Under the pieces are notes generated by a model. The model saw only the letters and a list, made by a program, of their open reading frames with translations, was not told the DNA's origin and made no database searches. This document shows, piece by piece, positions 16,931 through 25,489 of a stretch of DNA of 64,000 nucleotides (position 1 is its first letter; every line of letters begins with the position of its first letter). Source of the DNA: an uncultured Clostridia bacterium (GTDB lineage: Bacteria; Bacillota; Clostridia; Christensenellales; Aristaeellaceae); assembly GCA_934647235.1 (NCBI GenBank), contig CAKUFG010000008.1:6380-70379 (forward strand), read 5' to 3'. A program made the position numbers and the translations under genes.

Positions 16931-18481
16931 ATGGACGAGGCCTACATTCTCACATTGGACGCAGGCACCACGGGCGTAAAGTGCGCGGCCTTCTCCCCCA
17001 AAGGGGAGGCCGCGTGCAGCGCCGTGGAAGCGTACCCCACCTATTATCCCTTTTCGGGCTGGGCGCAGCAGAAGCCCGGAGAGCAGCTGGACGCTGCCCT
17101 TCGGGCTATTCGTATTGTATTGGAAAAGGTGCCCGCAGATAAAGTATGCGCGCTGGTCTTTTCCGGCACGATGAACGGCTGCATTCCCATCGACGAAAAG
17201 GGCGAAGCCCTGCATGAAAATATCATCCACTCCGATCTGCGCGCCGAGCCGCAGACCGGGCAGCTGCGCAAGGCCATTCCCCTGCGGGATTATTACGCCG
17301 TCACCGGCAACCGCATCGATGTGCACTCGGGCCTGCCCAAGTATATCTGGCTGCGCCAGCACCGCCCCGAGGTGTACGGGCGGGCGTGGAAATTTGTCAA
17401 CATCAAGGATTATCTCTACGGCCGCTTTACCGGCCTGCCCGGCCGCACCGACCGCAGCGACGCCTCCCTGTGCAGCTGTCTGAACATGCACACCGGCGAT
17501 TGGGCGTGGGATATCCTGCGCGAGGCCGGGGTGGATGCCGGCAAGATGCCCGAGCTGCACGCCTCCACCGATGTGACGGGCACGCTGAGCGCGGAGTTTG
17601 CCGCCCTGACGGGGCTGCCGCAGGGCCTGCCCGTGGCCATCGGCGCGGGCGACGGCGCGTGCGCCGCCCATGGCGCGCGCCAGCATGTGGTGGGGGACGC
17701 CTATATGAACATCGGCTCCTCCGCCTGGGTCAGCTCCATGAGCAAAAAACCCGTCATCGACCGCGAAATGCGGCTATTTAACTATTTCGATCTGGACGAA
17801 ACGTGCTATAATGTGTGCGGCACGGTGCAGTGCGGCTCGGCCGCGTCCAACTGGGCGATTGAAAACCTGATCTATCCCGGCACCCGCGCGGCGGACTGCG
17901 ACTTTGCAAAGCTCGAGGCGCTGGCGCGCACGGCCCCGGCGGGCGCGCAGGGCGTGATGTACCTGCCCACGCTGATGGGCGAGCGCACGCCCTGGTGGAC
18001 GGCCAGGGTGTCGGGCACGCTGATGGGCTTTACCCTGTATCACGGCCCGCAGCACATCGCCCGCGCGGTATACGAGGGCGTGATGCAGTCGCTGCACATG
18101 TGCGGCGACATCCTGGGCGAAAACGGCCTGCCTGTGCGCCGCATGACGCTCATCGGCGGCGGGGCCAGGAGCCGCCTGTGGGGGCAGATGGCCGCCGATA
18201 TGTTTGATGCGCAGGTGCGCGTTCACGCCACCCCGCACGAGGCCACATCGCTGGGCGCGGCGTTTGCCGCGGGCGTGGGCATCGGCTGGTATCAGGATTT
18301 TGCGCAGGCCGCGCGGCAGATTCATTTCAGCCGCGAATATACGCCCGATCCCGCCGCGGCGGCAGCCTATCAAAAGCACCTGGCCGTGTATAAAACCCTG
18401 TATCCCAACATGAAGGGCGCGTATGAGGCGCTGGCGGATTACCAGGCGTCTCTGAATGAACAGAATCAACCGGCGCAATAA
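16931..18481 (+). CDS. FGGY-family carbohydrate kinase
   Basis: 516 aa with LTLDAGTTGVKCAAF, an N-terminal actin-fold motif, and the C-terminal GGGARSRLWGQMAADM. Confidence 0.8.
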   Translation: MDEAYILTLDAGTTGVKCAAFSPKGEAACSAVEAYPTYYPFSGWAQQKPGEQLDAALRAIRIVLEKVPADKVCALVFSGTMNGCIPIDEKGEALHENIIHSDLRAEPQTGQLRKAIPLRDYYAVTGNRIDVHSGLPKYIWLRQHRPEVYGRAWKFVNIKDYLYGRFTGLPGRTDRSDASLCSCLNMHTGDWAWDILREAGVDAGKMPELHASTDVTGTLSAEFAALTGLPQGLPVAIGAGDGACAAHGARQHVVGDAYMNIGSSAWVSSMSKKPVIDREMRLFNYFDLDETCYNVCGTVQCGSAASNWAIENLIYPGTRAADCDFAKLEALARTAPAGAQGVMYLPTLMGERTPWWTARVSGTLMGFTLYHGPQHIARAVYEGVMQSLHMCGDILGENGLPVRRMTLIGGGARSRLWGQMAADMFDAQVRVHATPHEATSLGAAFAAGVGIGWYQDFAQAARQIHFSREYTPDPAAAAAYQKHLAVYKTLYPNMKGAYEALADYQASLNEQNQPAQ

Positions 18482-18506
18482 GCCAAAGAAAAAGGAGGTC
18501 TTGCAT

Positions 18507-19811
18507 ATGGGCAAGGCAAAGCATCTGATCGTCATTTCGGAAGACGCCATGGTTTACGAGGATCTGCAAACCCTGCGTCAGCTGCCCAGCTTTGGCAGCA
18601 TCTGGGATAAGTGCGCGTTCGTCGATCGCGTGCGCTCGGTGTATCCCACCATCACCTATCCCAACCACACCAGCATGCGCACCGGCGCGTACTGCGGCAA
18701 GCACGGCATCATCAACAACGAGCAGACCATCCTGGGCGAATTGTCCTCCAACTGGGAGTTTTTCAATTCCTCCGTCAAGGTAGGCGATATCTTTGACGCG
18801 GCCAAGCAGGCCGGCATGACCACCGCCGCCGTTTTCTGGCCGGTTACGGGCAAGCACCCCAATATCGATTATCTGGTAGACGAGTATTGGCCGCAGACCC
18901 CCGAGGAAACCACGCTGGAGTGCTTCGCCGCTTCCGGCTCCTCGCCCGAGGTGCTTGAAAAGATCGTCAAGCCCAACATGCACCTGGTGGACGGCATGCA
19001 CCGCAAGCATCCGCAGGGCGACCTGTTTGTAAACGCCTGCGCCTGCGCGATGATCCGCGAGTTCAAGCCCGGCCTGCTGATGATCCATCCCGCCAACATC
19101 GACGCCTATCGCCATCAGACCGGCATCTTCTCCACCAAGGTCACCCATGCCCTGCATGAGGTGGATCTGTGGCTGGGCGAGCTGCTCAAGGCCGTCAAGG
19201 ACGCGGGCATCGAGAACGATACCGATATCTTCATCGTCAGCGACCATGGCCAGATCAACATCACCCGCGTGATCGCCATCAACGCTCTGCTGGCTGAGCG
19301 TGGCCTGATCACCGTGGGCGCGGACGGCGAGGTGGCCGACTATGTGGCCATTTCCAAGTCCACCGGCCTGTCCGCTCAGATTTATCTGAAGCATCCCGAA
19401 AACAGGGCCGATTATGATAAGACCTACGCGATCCTCAAGGAAATGTGCGACGACGGCCTGTATGGCTTCTCCCGCGTGTATACCGCCGAGGAGGTCATGG
19501 CGGAGGAAGGCCTGAGCGGCAAGTTCTCCTTCGTCATCGAGACCGACGATTATTCTTCCTTTAATAATGACTGGCGGCGCCCCTTCGTGCGCCCGGCCAC
19601 CAACAGCGATTACAAGTTTGGCCGCGCCACCCATGGCCACAATCCCGATAAGGGCCCGCAGCCCACGCTGCTGGCCTTCGGCCCGGATATCAAGCCCGGC
19701 GTGCATGTGGCGCGCCGCCCCATCGTGGATGAAGCGCCCACCTACGCCAGGATTCTGGGCGTGGATCTGCCCGATGCCGATGGCAAGGCCATTGACGAGA
19801 TTCTCATTTAA
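18507..19811 (+). CDS. alkaline-phosphatase-superfamily nucleotide pyrophosphatase/phosphodiesterase (NPP-like), cytoplasmic
   Basis: YPTITYPNHTSMRTG nucleophile motif, SDHG and HGHNP metal-ligand motifs, and no signal peptide. I moved the start to 18507, which follows an AAGGAGG RBS. Confidence 0.7.
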   Translation: MGKAKHLIVISEDAMVYEDLQTLRQLPSFGSIWDKCAFVDRVRSVYPTITYPNHTSMRTGAYCGKHGIINNEQTILGELSSNWEFFNSSVKVGDIFDAAKQAGMTTAAVFWPVTGKHPNIDYLVDEYWPQTPEETTLECFAASGSSPEVLEKIVKPNMHLVDGMHRKHPQGDLFVNACACAMIREFKPGLLMIHPANIDAYRHQTGIFSTKVTHALHEVDLWLGELLKAVKDAGIENDTDIFIVSDHGQINITRVIAINALLAERGLITVGADGEVADYVAISKSTGLSAQIYLKHPENRADYDKTYAILKEMCDDGLYGFSRVYTAEEVMAEEGLSGKFSFVIETDDYSSFNNDWRRPFVRPATNSDYKFGRATHGHNPDKGPQPTLLAFGPDIKPGVHVARRPIVDEAPTYARILGVDLPDADGKAIDEILI

Positions 19812-19850
19812 TCTCAGCTTTTCAATCACAATCAAACACAATCAATCAAA

Positions 19851-19886
19851 ATGCAGGGGAAGGCATGCTTTTCCCTGCATTTTTGT
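19851..19886 (+). terminator. rho-independent terminator after the NPP gene
   Basis: ATGCAGGGGAA / TTCCCTGCAT stem followed by TTTTTG. Confidence 0.7.
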
Positions 19887-19928
19887 TCAATATGGCATCC
19901 ATTATGCACAAATGATGCAAAATTCTTC

Positions 19929-19957
19929 TTGACGATGCCGCTTTTGTTGGGTATAAT
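19929..19957 (+). promoter_or_regulatory. sigma-A type promoter for binding protein 1
   Basis: TTGACG, 17-nt spacer, TATAAT. It is paralogous to the promoter at 21538-21566; both continue TATAATTTG.TTA.TCC. Confidence 0.6.
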
Positions 19958-20102
19958 TTGTTTAATCCGATCAATAACCGGCCTTTGATTCCAGGTTTTG
20001 CAACGGTTCAAGTGCAAAATGATCATTCCCGCGCGCGTTCCTGTGTTCTTTATTTTCCCAGCAAGTGGAAAATCAAGATAAACAATAAAGGAGGAAAACT
20101 GC

Positions 20103-21416
20103 ATGAAGAAACTCGTAGCCTTTGCCCTGGCGCTGATCATGGTTCTGGCGCTGGCCGGCACCGCTCTGGCTTACAGCCCTGAAAAGCCCATCAAAATCCT
20201 GTTCTGGCACACCCGCGGCGCGGGCGCTCAGCAGGAAACCGTTGATTATCAGATCAATCAGTTCAACGCCACCGTCGGCAAGGAAAAGGGCATCGAAGTA
20301 GAAGGCGTTTTCATGGGCGGTTATGCCGATATCATGACCAAGATGCAGCTGGCCTCCCAGTCCGGCGCTCAGCCCGTTGTGGCAGTGCTGGGCAATACCC
20401 GCGTGTCCATCATGGTGGACGACGGCATCATCGAGGATATGATGCCCTACGCCAAGCGCGATAACTTCAACCTGGACAACTTCTTCACCTCCATGCTCAA
20501 CGTGCCCGGCAACGACGAAGAGCAGCTGCATTCCCTGCCCTACATCAAGTCCACCCCCGTCCTGTACTACAACAAGACCATGGCGGATGCGAAGGGCCTG
20601 ACCGCCCCCACCAGCGTAGAAGAGTTTGAGGCTTTTGCCAAGGCTATGCACGAAGTGGACGAAAACGGCGAAGTCAAGGTCTGGGGCTTCGAGTGCGTAA
20701 ACGACTTTACCTATTATCAGGGCGCTTTCCTGTGGCAGATCGACAAGCCCCTGTGGACCGCTGAAGGCAAGTCCCCCGCTCTGGCGGAAGACGGCATGCT
20801 CAGGATCCTGTCCGACTGGCGCCGCTGGGTGGACGAGGGCTGGTGCCGCCCCTTCGACAGCACCAATGCCAGCGGCACCATGACCGACCTGTTCTATCAG
20901 GGCAAGCTGGGCTGCTTCTGGAACAGCTGCGCCTCCATGGCCAACGTGACCAAGTTCTCCAAGGAAGCCGGCTTCGAGCTGGGCGTCGCCAACCTGACCC
21001 AGTATAACCTGGACAACAAGGTTGTGCCCATCGGCGGCGGCAACATCGGCCTGATGAAGACCTTCAACACCGAAGAACAGCTCAACGCCGGTTGGGAATT
21101 CATCAAGTTCCTCTTCACCGACGAAATGGTCGCCTACAACGCCATCAATTCCGGCTATCTGCCCACCACCAAGAGCGTGGCCGACAGCGAAGCTATGAAG
21201 GCCTTCTGGGCCGAGAACCCCAACTGGAAGCTGCCCTACGATCAGGTGGATTGGGGCATCGAGCAGGCTTATCCCTACTTCGAGGGCAACAGCGAGCTCA
21301 AGACCAACATCCAGGGCGCCGTCTCCCTGCTGATTCAGCAGCGCAACATCACCGCCGAGGAAGCGGTAGAGCAGATCAAGCAGGACAACGAGCATCTGTT
21401 CGAAAACGGCTTCTGA
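20103..21416 (+). CDS. UgpB-like ABC substrate-binding lipoprotein, paralog 1
   Basis: 437 aa with a signal peptide. The STPVLYYNKTMADAKGL block resembles E. coli UgpB SSTPVLYYNKDAFKKAGL. Confidence 0.8.
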   Translation: MKKLVAFALALIMVLALAGTALAYSPEKPIKILFWHTRGAGAQQETVDYQINQFNATVGKEKGIEVEGVFMGGYADIMTKMQLASQSGAQPVVAVLGNTRVSIMVDDGIIEDMMPYAKRDNFNLDNFFTSMLNVPGNDEEQLHSLPYIKSTPVLYYNKTMADAKGLTAPTSVEEFEAFAKAMHEVDENGEVKVWGFECVNDFTYYQGAFLWQIDKPLWTAEGKSPALAEDGMLRILSDWRRWVDEGWCRPFDSTNASGTMTDLFYQGKLGCFWNSCASMANVTKFSKEAGFELGVANLTQYNLDNKVVPIGGGNIGLMKTFNTEEQLNAGWEFIKFLFTDEMVAYNAINSGYLPTTKSVADSEAMKAFWAENPNWKLPYDQVDWGIEQAYPYFEGNSELKTNIQGAVSLLIQQRNITAEEAVEQIKQDNEHLFENGF

Positions 21417-21457
21417 TTCGATATTGAAGCTGCACATTTGATCAATCTGAACGTGCT

Positions 21458-21493
21458 GCATGCGGTGGCCTTCACTGCCGCATGCGGCATTTT
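21458..21493 (+). terminator. probable terminator after binding protein 1
   Basis: GCATGCGG / CCGCATGC stem followed by GGCATTTTGG. The T-run is weak. Confidence 0.45.
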
Positions 21494-21537
21494 GGGTGAA
21501 TTGGCAAAAATTTTTCCGAAAAACCGTGCAAAACGTA

Positions 21538-21566
21538 TTGACGAAGCGGAATTATTCAGCTATAAT
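21538..21566 (+). promoter_or_regulatory. sigma-A type promoter for binding proteins 2 and 3 and the transporter
   Basis: TTGACG, 17-nt spacer, TATAAT. Confidence 0.6.
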
Positions 21567-21702
21567 TTGATTATTCCAAACAACCACTGTTAAAGTTAAC
21601 ACGTCGTTGTGGCCGCATTTTCGTCATTCACATTTTGCGCATTCTCCATGTTTCCCATGCGAACAGGCCGTTCGCTTGTAATTAAAAAAAGGAGAAGATA
21701 CG

Positions 21703-22992
21703 ATGAAAAAGCGCATTTCTCTCGTCCTGGCCCTGATGATGCTCCTGTCCCTGTGCAGCTTCGCCCGCGCGGAGCAGGAACCCCTGCACATTGAGTTCTG
21801 GCACACCCGCGGCAGCGGCGCCAACTACGAGGTGCTCAAAAACTCCGTGGATACCTTCAACGCCACCATCGGCAAGGAAAAAGGCATCTTTGTAGAAGAA
21901 GTTTTCCAGGGCAGCTACGCCGACATCGTGCCCAAGCTGGAAATGGCCTCTCAGTCCGACGATATGCCCGCCGTGGGCGTTACCAGCGGCGTGCGTGCCT
22001 CCATCCTGCTGGATGACGGCCTGCTGGCCGATATGGCCCCCTATGCGGCCAAGACCGGCTTTGACTTCAGCGTCTTCTTCGATTCCCTGCTGGATGTGCC
22101 CGGCAACGAGAACGGCGAAATCCGCTCCCTGCCCTATGTGCGCTCCACCCCCGTTTTCTACTATAACAAGACCATGGCCGACGCGAAGGGCCTGAAGGCC
22201 CCCGAAACCGTGGCCGAGCTGGAAGCCTTCGCCAAGGCCCTGCACACCTATGACCCCGCTACCGGCGATGGCTGCTGGGGCTTTGAGCTGCTCAACGACA
22301 CCACCTACCTGCAGGGCTCCTTCCTGTGGCAGCTGGGCCAGCCCCTGGTTGGCGAAGGCGGCACCGCTCCCTGCCTGGAGGGCTCGCTGCTCAGGCTGTT
22401 CACCGACTGGACCCGTTGGATCGACGAGGGCTGGTGCCGCCCCTTCGATAGCACTGGCGCGCAGAACACCGCGACCGAAATGTTCTACCAGGGCAAGCTG
22501 GCCTGCTTCGTGGCCTCCTGCGGCTCCCTGTCCAACGTCTACAAGTATTCCACCGAAGCCGGCATCGAGCTGGGCGTATCCTTCTATCCCACCTATGATA
22601 TCGACAACCGCGCGGTATCCATCGGCGGCGGCAACATCATCCTGATGGCCGGCAACAGCGAAGAAGTGACCAGCGCCGGCTGGGAATTCATCCAGTTCCT
22701 CATGAGCGACGAAATGGTTGCGGCCGAGGCCATCGGCTCCGGTTATCTGCCCACCACCAAGACCGTGGAAACCAACGAAACCATGGCCAAGTTCTGGGAA
22801 GAGAACCCCCTGTTCAAGGTTGCCTATGATCAGCTGGCCTGGGGCCACTGCGAGGAAACCCCCATGTTCCTGGATCGCACCGAGTTCAAGACCAACGTGT
22901 CCAACGTGACCTCTCAGCTCATCCAGGAGCGCAACATCACCCCCGAGCAGGCTATCGAGCAGATCAAGAGCATCAGCGCTCACCTGTTCTAA
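21703..22992 (+). CDS. UgpB-like ABC substrate-binding lipoprotein, paralog 2
   Basis: 429 aa, homologous over its full length to paralogs 1 and 3 (FWHTRG, FNATIGKEKGI, WCRPFDST, GYLPTTK). Confidence 0.8.
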   Translation: MKKRISLVLALMMLLSLCSFARAEQEPLHIEFWHTRGSGANYEVLKNSVDTFNATIGKEKGIFVEEVFQGSYADIVPKLEMASQSDDMPAVGVTSGVRASILLDDGLLADMAPYAAKTGFDFSVFFDSLLDVPGNENGEIRSLPYVRSTPVFYYNKTMADAKGLKAPETVAELEAFAKALHTYDPATGDGCWGFELLNDTTYLQGSFLWQLGQPLVGEGGTAPCLEGSLLRLFTDWTRWIDEGWCRPFDSTGAQNTATEMFYQGKLACFVASCGSLSNVYKYSTEAGIELGVSFYPTYDIDNRAVSIGGGNIILMAGNSEEVTSAGWEFIQFLMSDEMVAAEAIGSGYLPTTKTVETNETMAKFWEENPLFKVAYDQLAWGHCEETPMFLDRTEFKTNVSNVTSQLIQERNITPEQAIEQIKSISAHLF

Positions 22993-23051
22993 TCCACCGC
23001 TCCGCACGCAGACGACAGTCTGCTGCAAATAAAAAGGAGGAGAAAACCAAA

Positions 23052-24347
23052 ATGAAGAAGCTCGTATCTCTTGCTCTCGCGCTGATCATGGTGCTGTCCC
23101 TGTGCAGCTTCGCCAGCGCTGAAGAACCCACCCTGGTTCGTTTCTGGCACAACCGTTCCTCGGGCGCCAACCTGGAAGCCTGCGAGAAGGCTGTTGACGA
23201 ATTCAACAACACCATCGGCAAGGAAAAGAACATCCATGTAGAACCCACCTACATCGGCGGCTATCCCGAGCTGTACTCCAAGTGCCAGCTGGCCAGCCAG
23301 ACGGACGAAGTTCCCACCGTGGCTGTGTTTGGCAACACCTACATCGTCAGCCTGCTCGAGGATGAGCTGCTGGCCGATATGGCTCCCTACGCCGAAAAGA
23401 CCGGCTTCGATGTAAACAACCTGCTCGACTGCTTCCAGCAGATCGAAGGCAACACCGACGGCCACCTCTACTCCCTGCCCTACGTTCGCTCCACCCCCGT
23501 CCTGTACTACAACAAGACCATGGCGGATGCGAAGGGCCTGACTGCCCCCGACACCCTGGCCGACCTGGAAGCCTTCGCCCGCGCTCTGACTGAAAAGAAC
23601 GAAAACGGCGAAACCACCGTGTACGGCTTCGAGCTGCTGAAGGACTTCGGCTACATCAACGCTGCCTGGCTGTGGGAAATGGGCGAGCCCATGCTGTCCA
23701 CCGAAGGCACCTCTCCCGCTCTGGATGGCACCTCCATGCTCAATCACCTGACCTGGTGGCGCAACCTGGTTGACGAAGGCATCTGCCGTCCCTACGACAG
23801 CACGCATGCCTCTACCGTTGCCGCTGAAATGCTGGTTCAGGGCAAGCTGGGCTGCTACATCGCTTCCTCCGGTACCATGAAGAACCTGCTCAAGAGCATG
23901 ACCGAAGCTGGCTACGAGCTGGGCGTTGCGTATCAGCCTTCCTACGATCCCTCCAAGCGCACCTGCGAAGTGGGCGGCGGCCAGCTGACCCTGATGGCCA
24001 CCGGCAACGATGAGAAGACCCTGGCTGCCGGCTGGGAGTTCCTGCAGTTCCTGATGAGCGACGAGCAGGTGTACAACAACTCCATGGCTACCGGCTATCT
24101 GCCTGTCACCAAGTCCGTTGCTAACTATGACAAGATGCAGGCCTTCTGGGCGGAAAACCCCACCTATAAGGTTCCCTTCGAGCAGATGATGAACTACGGC
24201 GTATGCCAGGAATACCCCACCTTCGCCGACCTGCAGGAGTTCATCGTGAACATCCAGGAGCAGGGCGACTACCTGATCCAGGAAAAGAGCATCACCCCCG
24301 AGCAGGCTGTTGAGCAGATCAAGACCAACACTTCCATGCTCTTCTAA
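23052..24347 (+). CDS. UgpB-like ABC substrate-binding lipoprotein, paralog 3
   Basis: 431 aa, lying 59 nt after paralog 2. It shares a 53-nt identical tract (23490-23542) with paralog 1 (20550-20602). Confidence 0.8.
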   Translation: MKKLVSLALALIMVLSLCSFASAEEPTLVRFWHNRSSGANLEACEKAVDEFNNTIGKEKNIHVEPTYIGGYPELYSKCQLASQTDEVPTVAVFGNTYIVSLLEDELLADMAPYAEKTGFDVNNLLDCFQQIEGNTDGHLYSLPYVRSTPVLYYNKTMADAKGLTAPDTLADLEAFARALTEKNENGETTVYGFELLKDFGYINAAWLWEMGEPMLSTEGTSPALDGTSMLNHLTWWRNLVDEGICRPYDSTHASTVAAEMLVQGKLGCYIASSGTMKNLLKSMTEAGYELGVAYQPSYDPSKRTCEVGGGQLTLMATGNDEKTLAAGWEFLQFLMSDEQVYNNSMATGYLPVTKSVANYDKMQAFWAENPTYKVPFEQMMNYGVCQEYPTFADLQEFIVNIQEQGDYLIQEKSITPEQAVEQIKTNTSMLF

Positions 24348-24370
24348 TCCACAGGATTTCTTAAAAAACA

Positions 24371-24396
24371 GGCGGGGAGGCACACGCCTCCCCGCC
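24371..24396 (+). other. GC-rich hairpin between binding-protein and ATPase genes (no U-tract on the coding strand)
   Basis: GGCGGGGAGGC-ACAC-GCCTCCCCGCC, a perfect 11-bp stem. The A-run is upstream, not downstream. Confidence 0.7.
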
Positions 24397-24436
24397 CTCC
24401 GATTATATTAACTATCTACGTCAGGGGGAAACAGCA

Positions 24437-25489
24437 GTGGCTGAAATTCAATTTGTTAAAGTTACCAAGGCATTTGGCAGCAACAAGGTTATCGAAGATC
24501 TGGATCTGACCATCCAGGATGGCAAATTTACCGTGCTGGTCGGCGCGTCCGGCTGCGGCAAAACCACGCTGCTGCGCATGATCGCCGGTATCGGCCCGGC
24601 TACCAGCGGCCATGTGCTGATGGATGGCAAGGACATTACCGACCTTGACCCCGCCAAGCGCGATATCGCCATGGTGTTCCAGAACTACGCCATTTACCCG
24701 ACCATGACCGTAAAGGAAAACATCGAGTTTGGCCTGAAAAACCGCAAGATTCCCAAGGAAGAACGCGAAAAGCTGATTAAAGAATACGCGGCCGTCGTAG
24801 GCCTGACCGACTATCTGGATCGCAAGCCTGGCACGCTGTCCGGCGGCCAGCGCCAGCGCATCGCCCTGGCCCGCGCCATGGTAAAGAAGCCCAAGGTGTT
24901 CCTGATGGACGAACCGCTGTCCAACCTGGACGCCAAGCTGCGCGTGGCCATGCGTACCGAATTGATTGAAATGCACAACCGCCTGAAGACCACCTTCATC
25001 TATGTTACCCATGACCAGACCGAGGCCATGGCCATGGCGGATCAGATTGTGCTGATGGATAAAGGCAAGATCATGCAGGAGGCCTCTCCCGAGGTGATCT
25101 ACCACGACCCCAACAACGCCTTCACCGCGCAGTTTATCGGCACCCCGCCGATGAACATCCTGCCCATAGGCGAGGATAAGCTGGGCTTCCGCCCCGAGCG
25201 CGTGCAGCTGGGCACCCAGCGCCTGGAGGGCGTTCCCTTTGCCCGCAAGGGCCATATCCTGACCCGCGAAATGCTGGGCAGCGAAACCACCTATAAGATT
25301 CAGATGGGCGACGAGGCCATCATGGTCAAGTCCCCGGACGATACCTTCCAGTACGATCAGGACGTGGTGCTCTCCGTGCGCGCGGACGATCTGTACTTCT
25401 TTGACAAGGACGGCCAGCGCATCCGCCGCGGCGATGTGAGCAATTACGACCAGTATATCCAGCGCGCGGGAGGAAACAACAATGCCTAA
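24437..25489 (+). CDS. ABC transporter ATP-binding protein (UgpC/MsmK-like)
   Basis: Walker A GASGCGKTT, signature LSGGQRQR and Walker B VFLMDEPLS. GTG start. Confidence 0.9.
   Translation: MAEIQFVKVTKAFGSNKVIEDLDLTIQDGKFTVLVGASGCGKTTLLRMIAGIGPATSGHVLMDGKDITDLDPAKRDIAMVFQNYAIYPTMTVKENIEFGLKNRKIPKEEREKLIKEYAAVVGLTDYLDRKPGTLSGGQRQRIALARAMVKKPKVFLMDEPLSNLDAKLRVAMRTELIEMHNRLKTTFIYVTHDQTEAMAMADQIVLMDKGKIMQEASPEVIYHDPNNAFTAQFIGTPPMNILPIGEDKLGFRPERVQLGTQRLEGVPFARKGHILTREMLGSETTYKIQMGDEAIMVKSPDDTFQYDQDVVLSVRADDLYFFDKDGQRIRRGDVSNYDQYIQRAGGNNNA

Noticed and set aside
15641-17686. 681-aa minus-strand ORF opposite the dehydrogenase and FGGY kinase genes
   Set aside because: The same reasoning applies. 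It spans two real genes on the other strand and has no recognisable domain. The same holds for 10416-12056, 18327-19841, 20073-21461, 21682-23028, 22989-24383, 25326-27293, 30026-31603, 33702-35843, 35890-37404, 40905-42392 and 48519-49910.
19995-20020. tRNA-like GGTTCAAGT string in the leader of binding-protein gene 1
   Set aside because: No acceptor or anticodon stems can be drawn around it. No tRNA, rRNA, tmRNA or RNase P-like sequences were recognised anywhere in the window.
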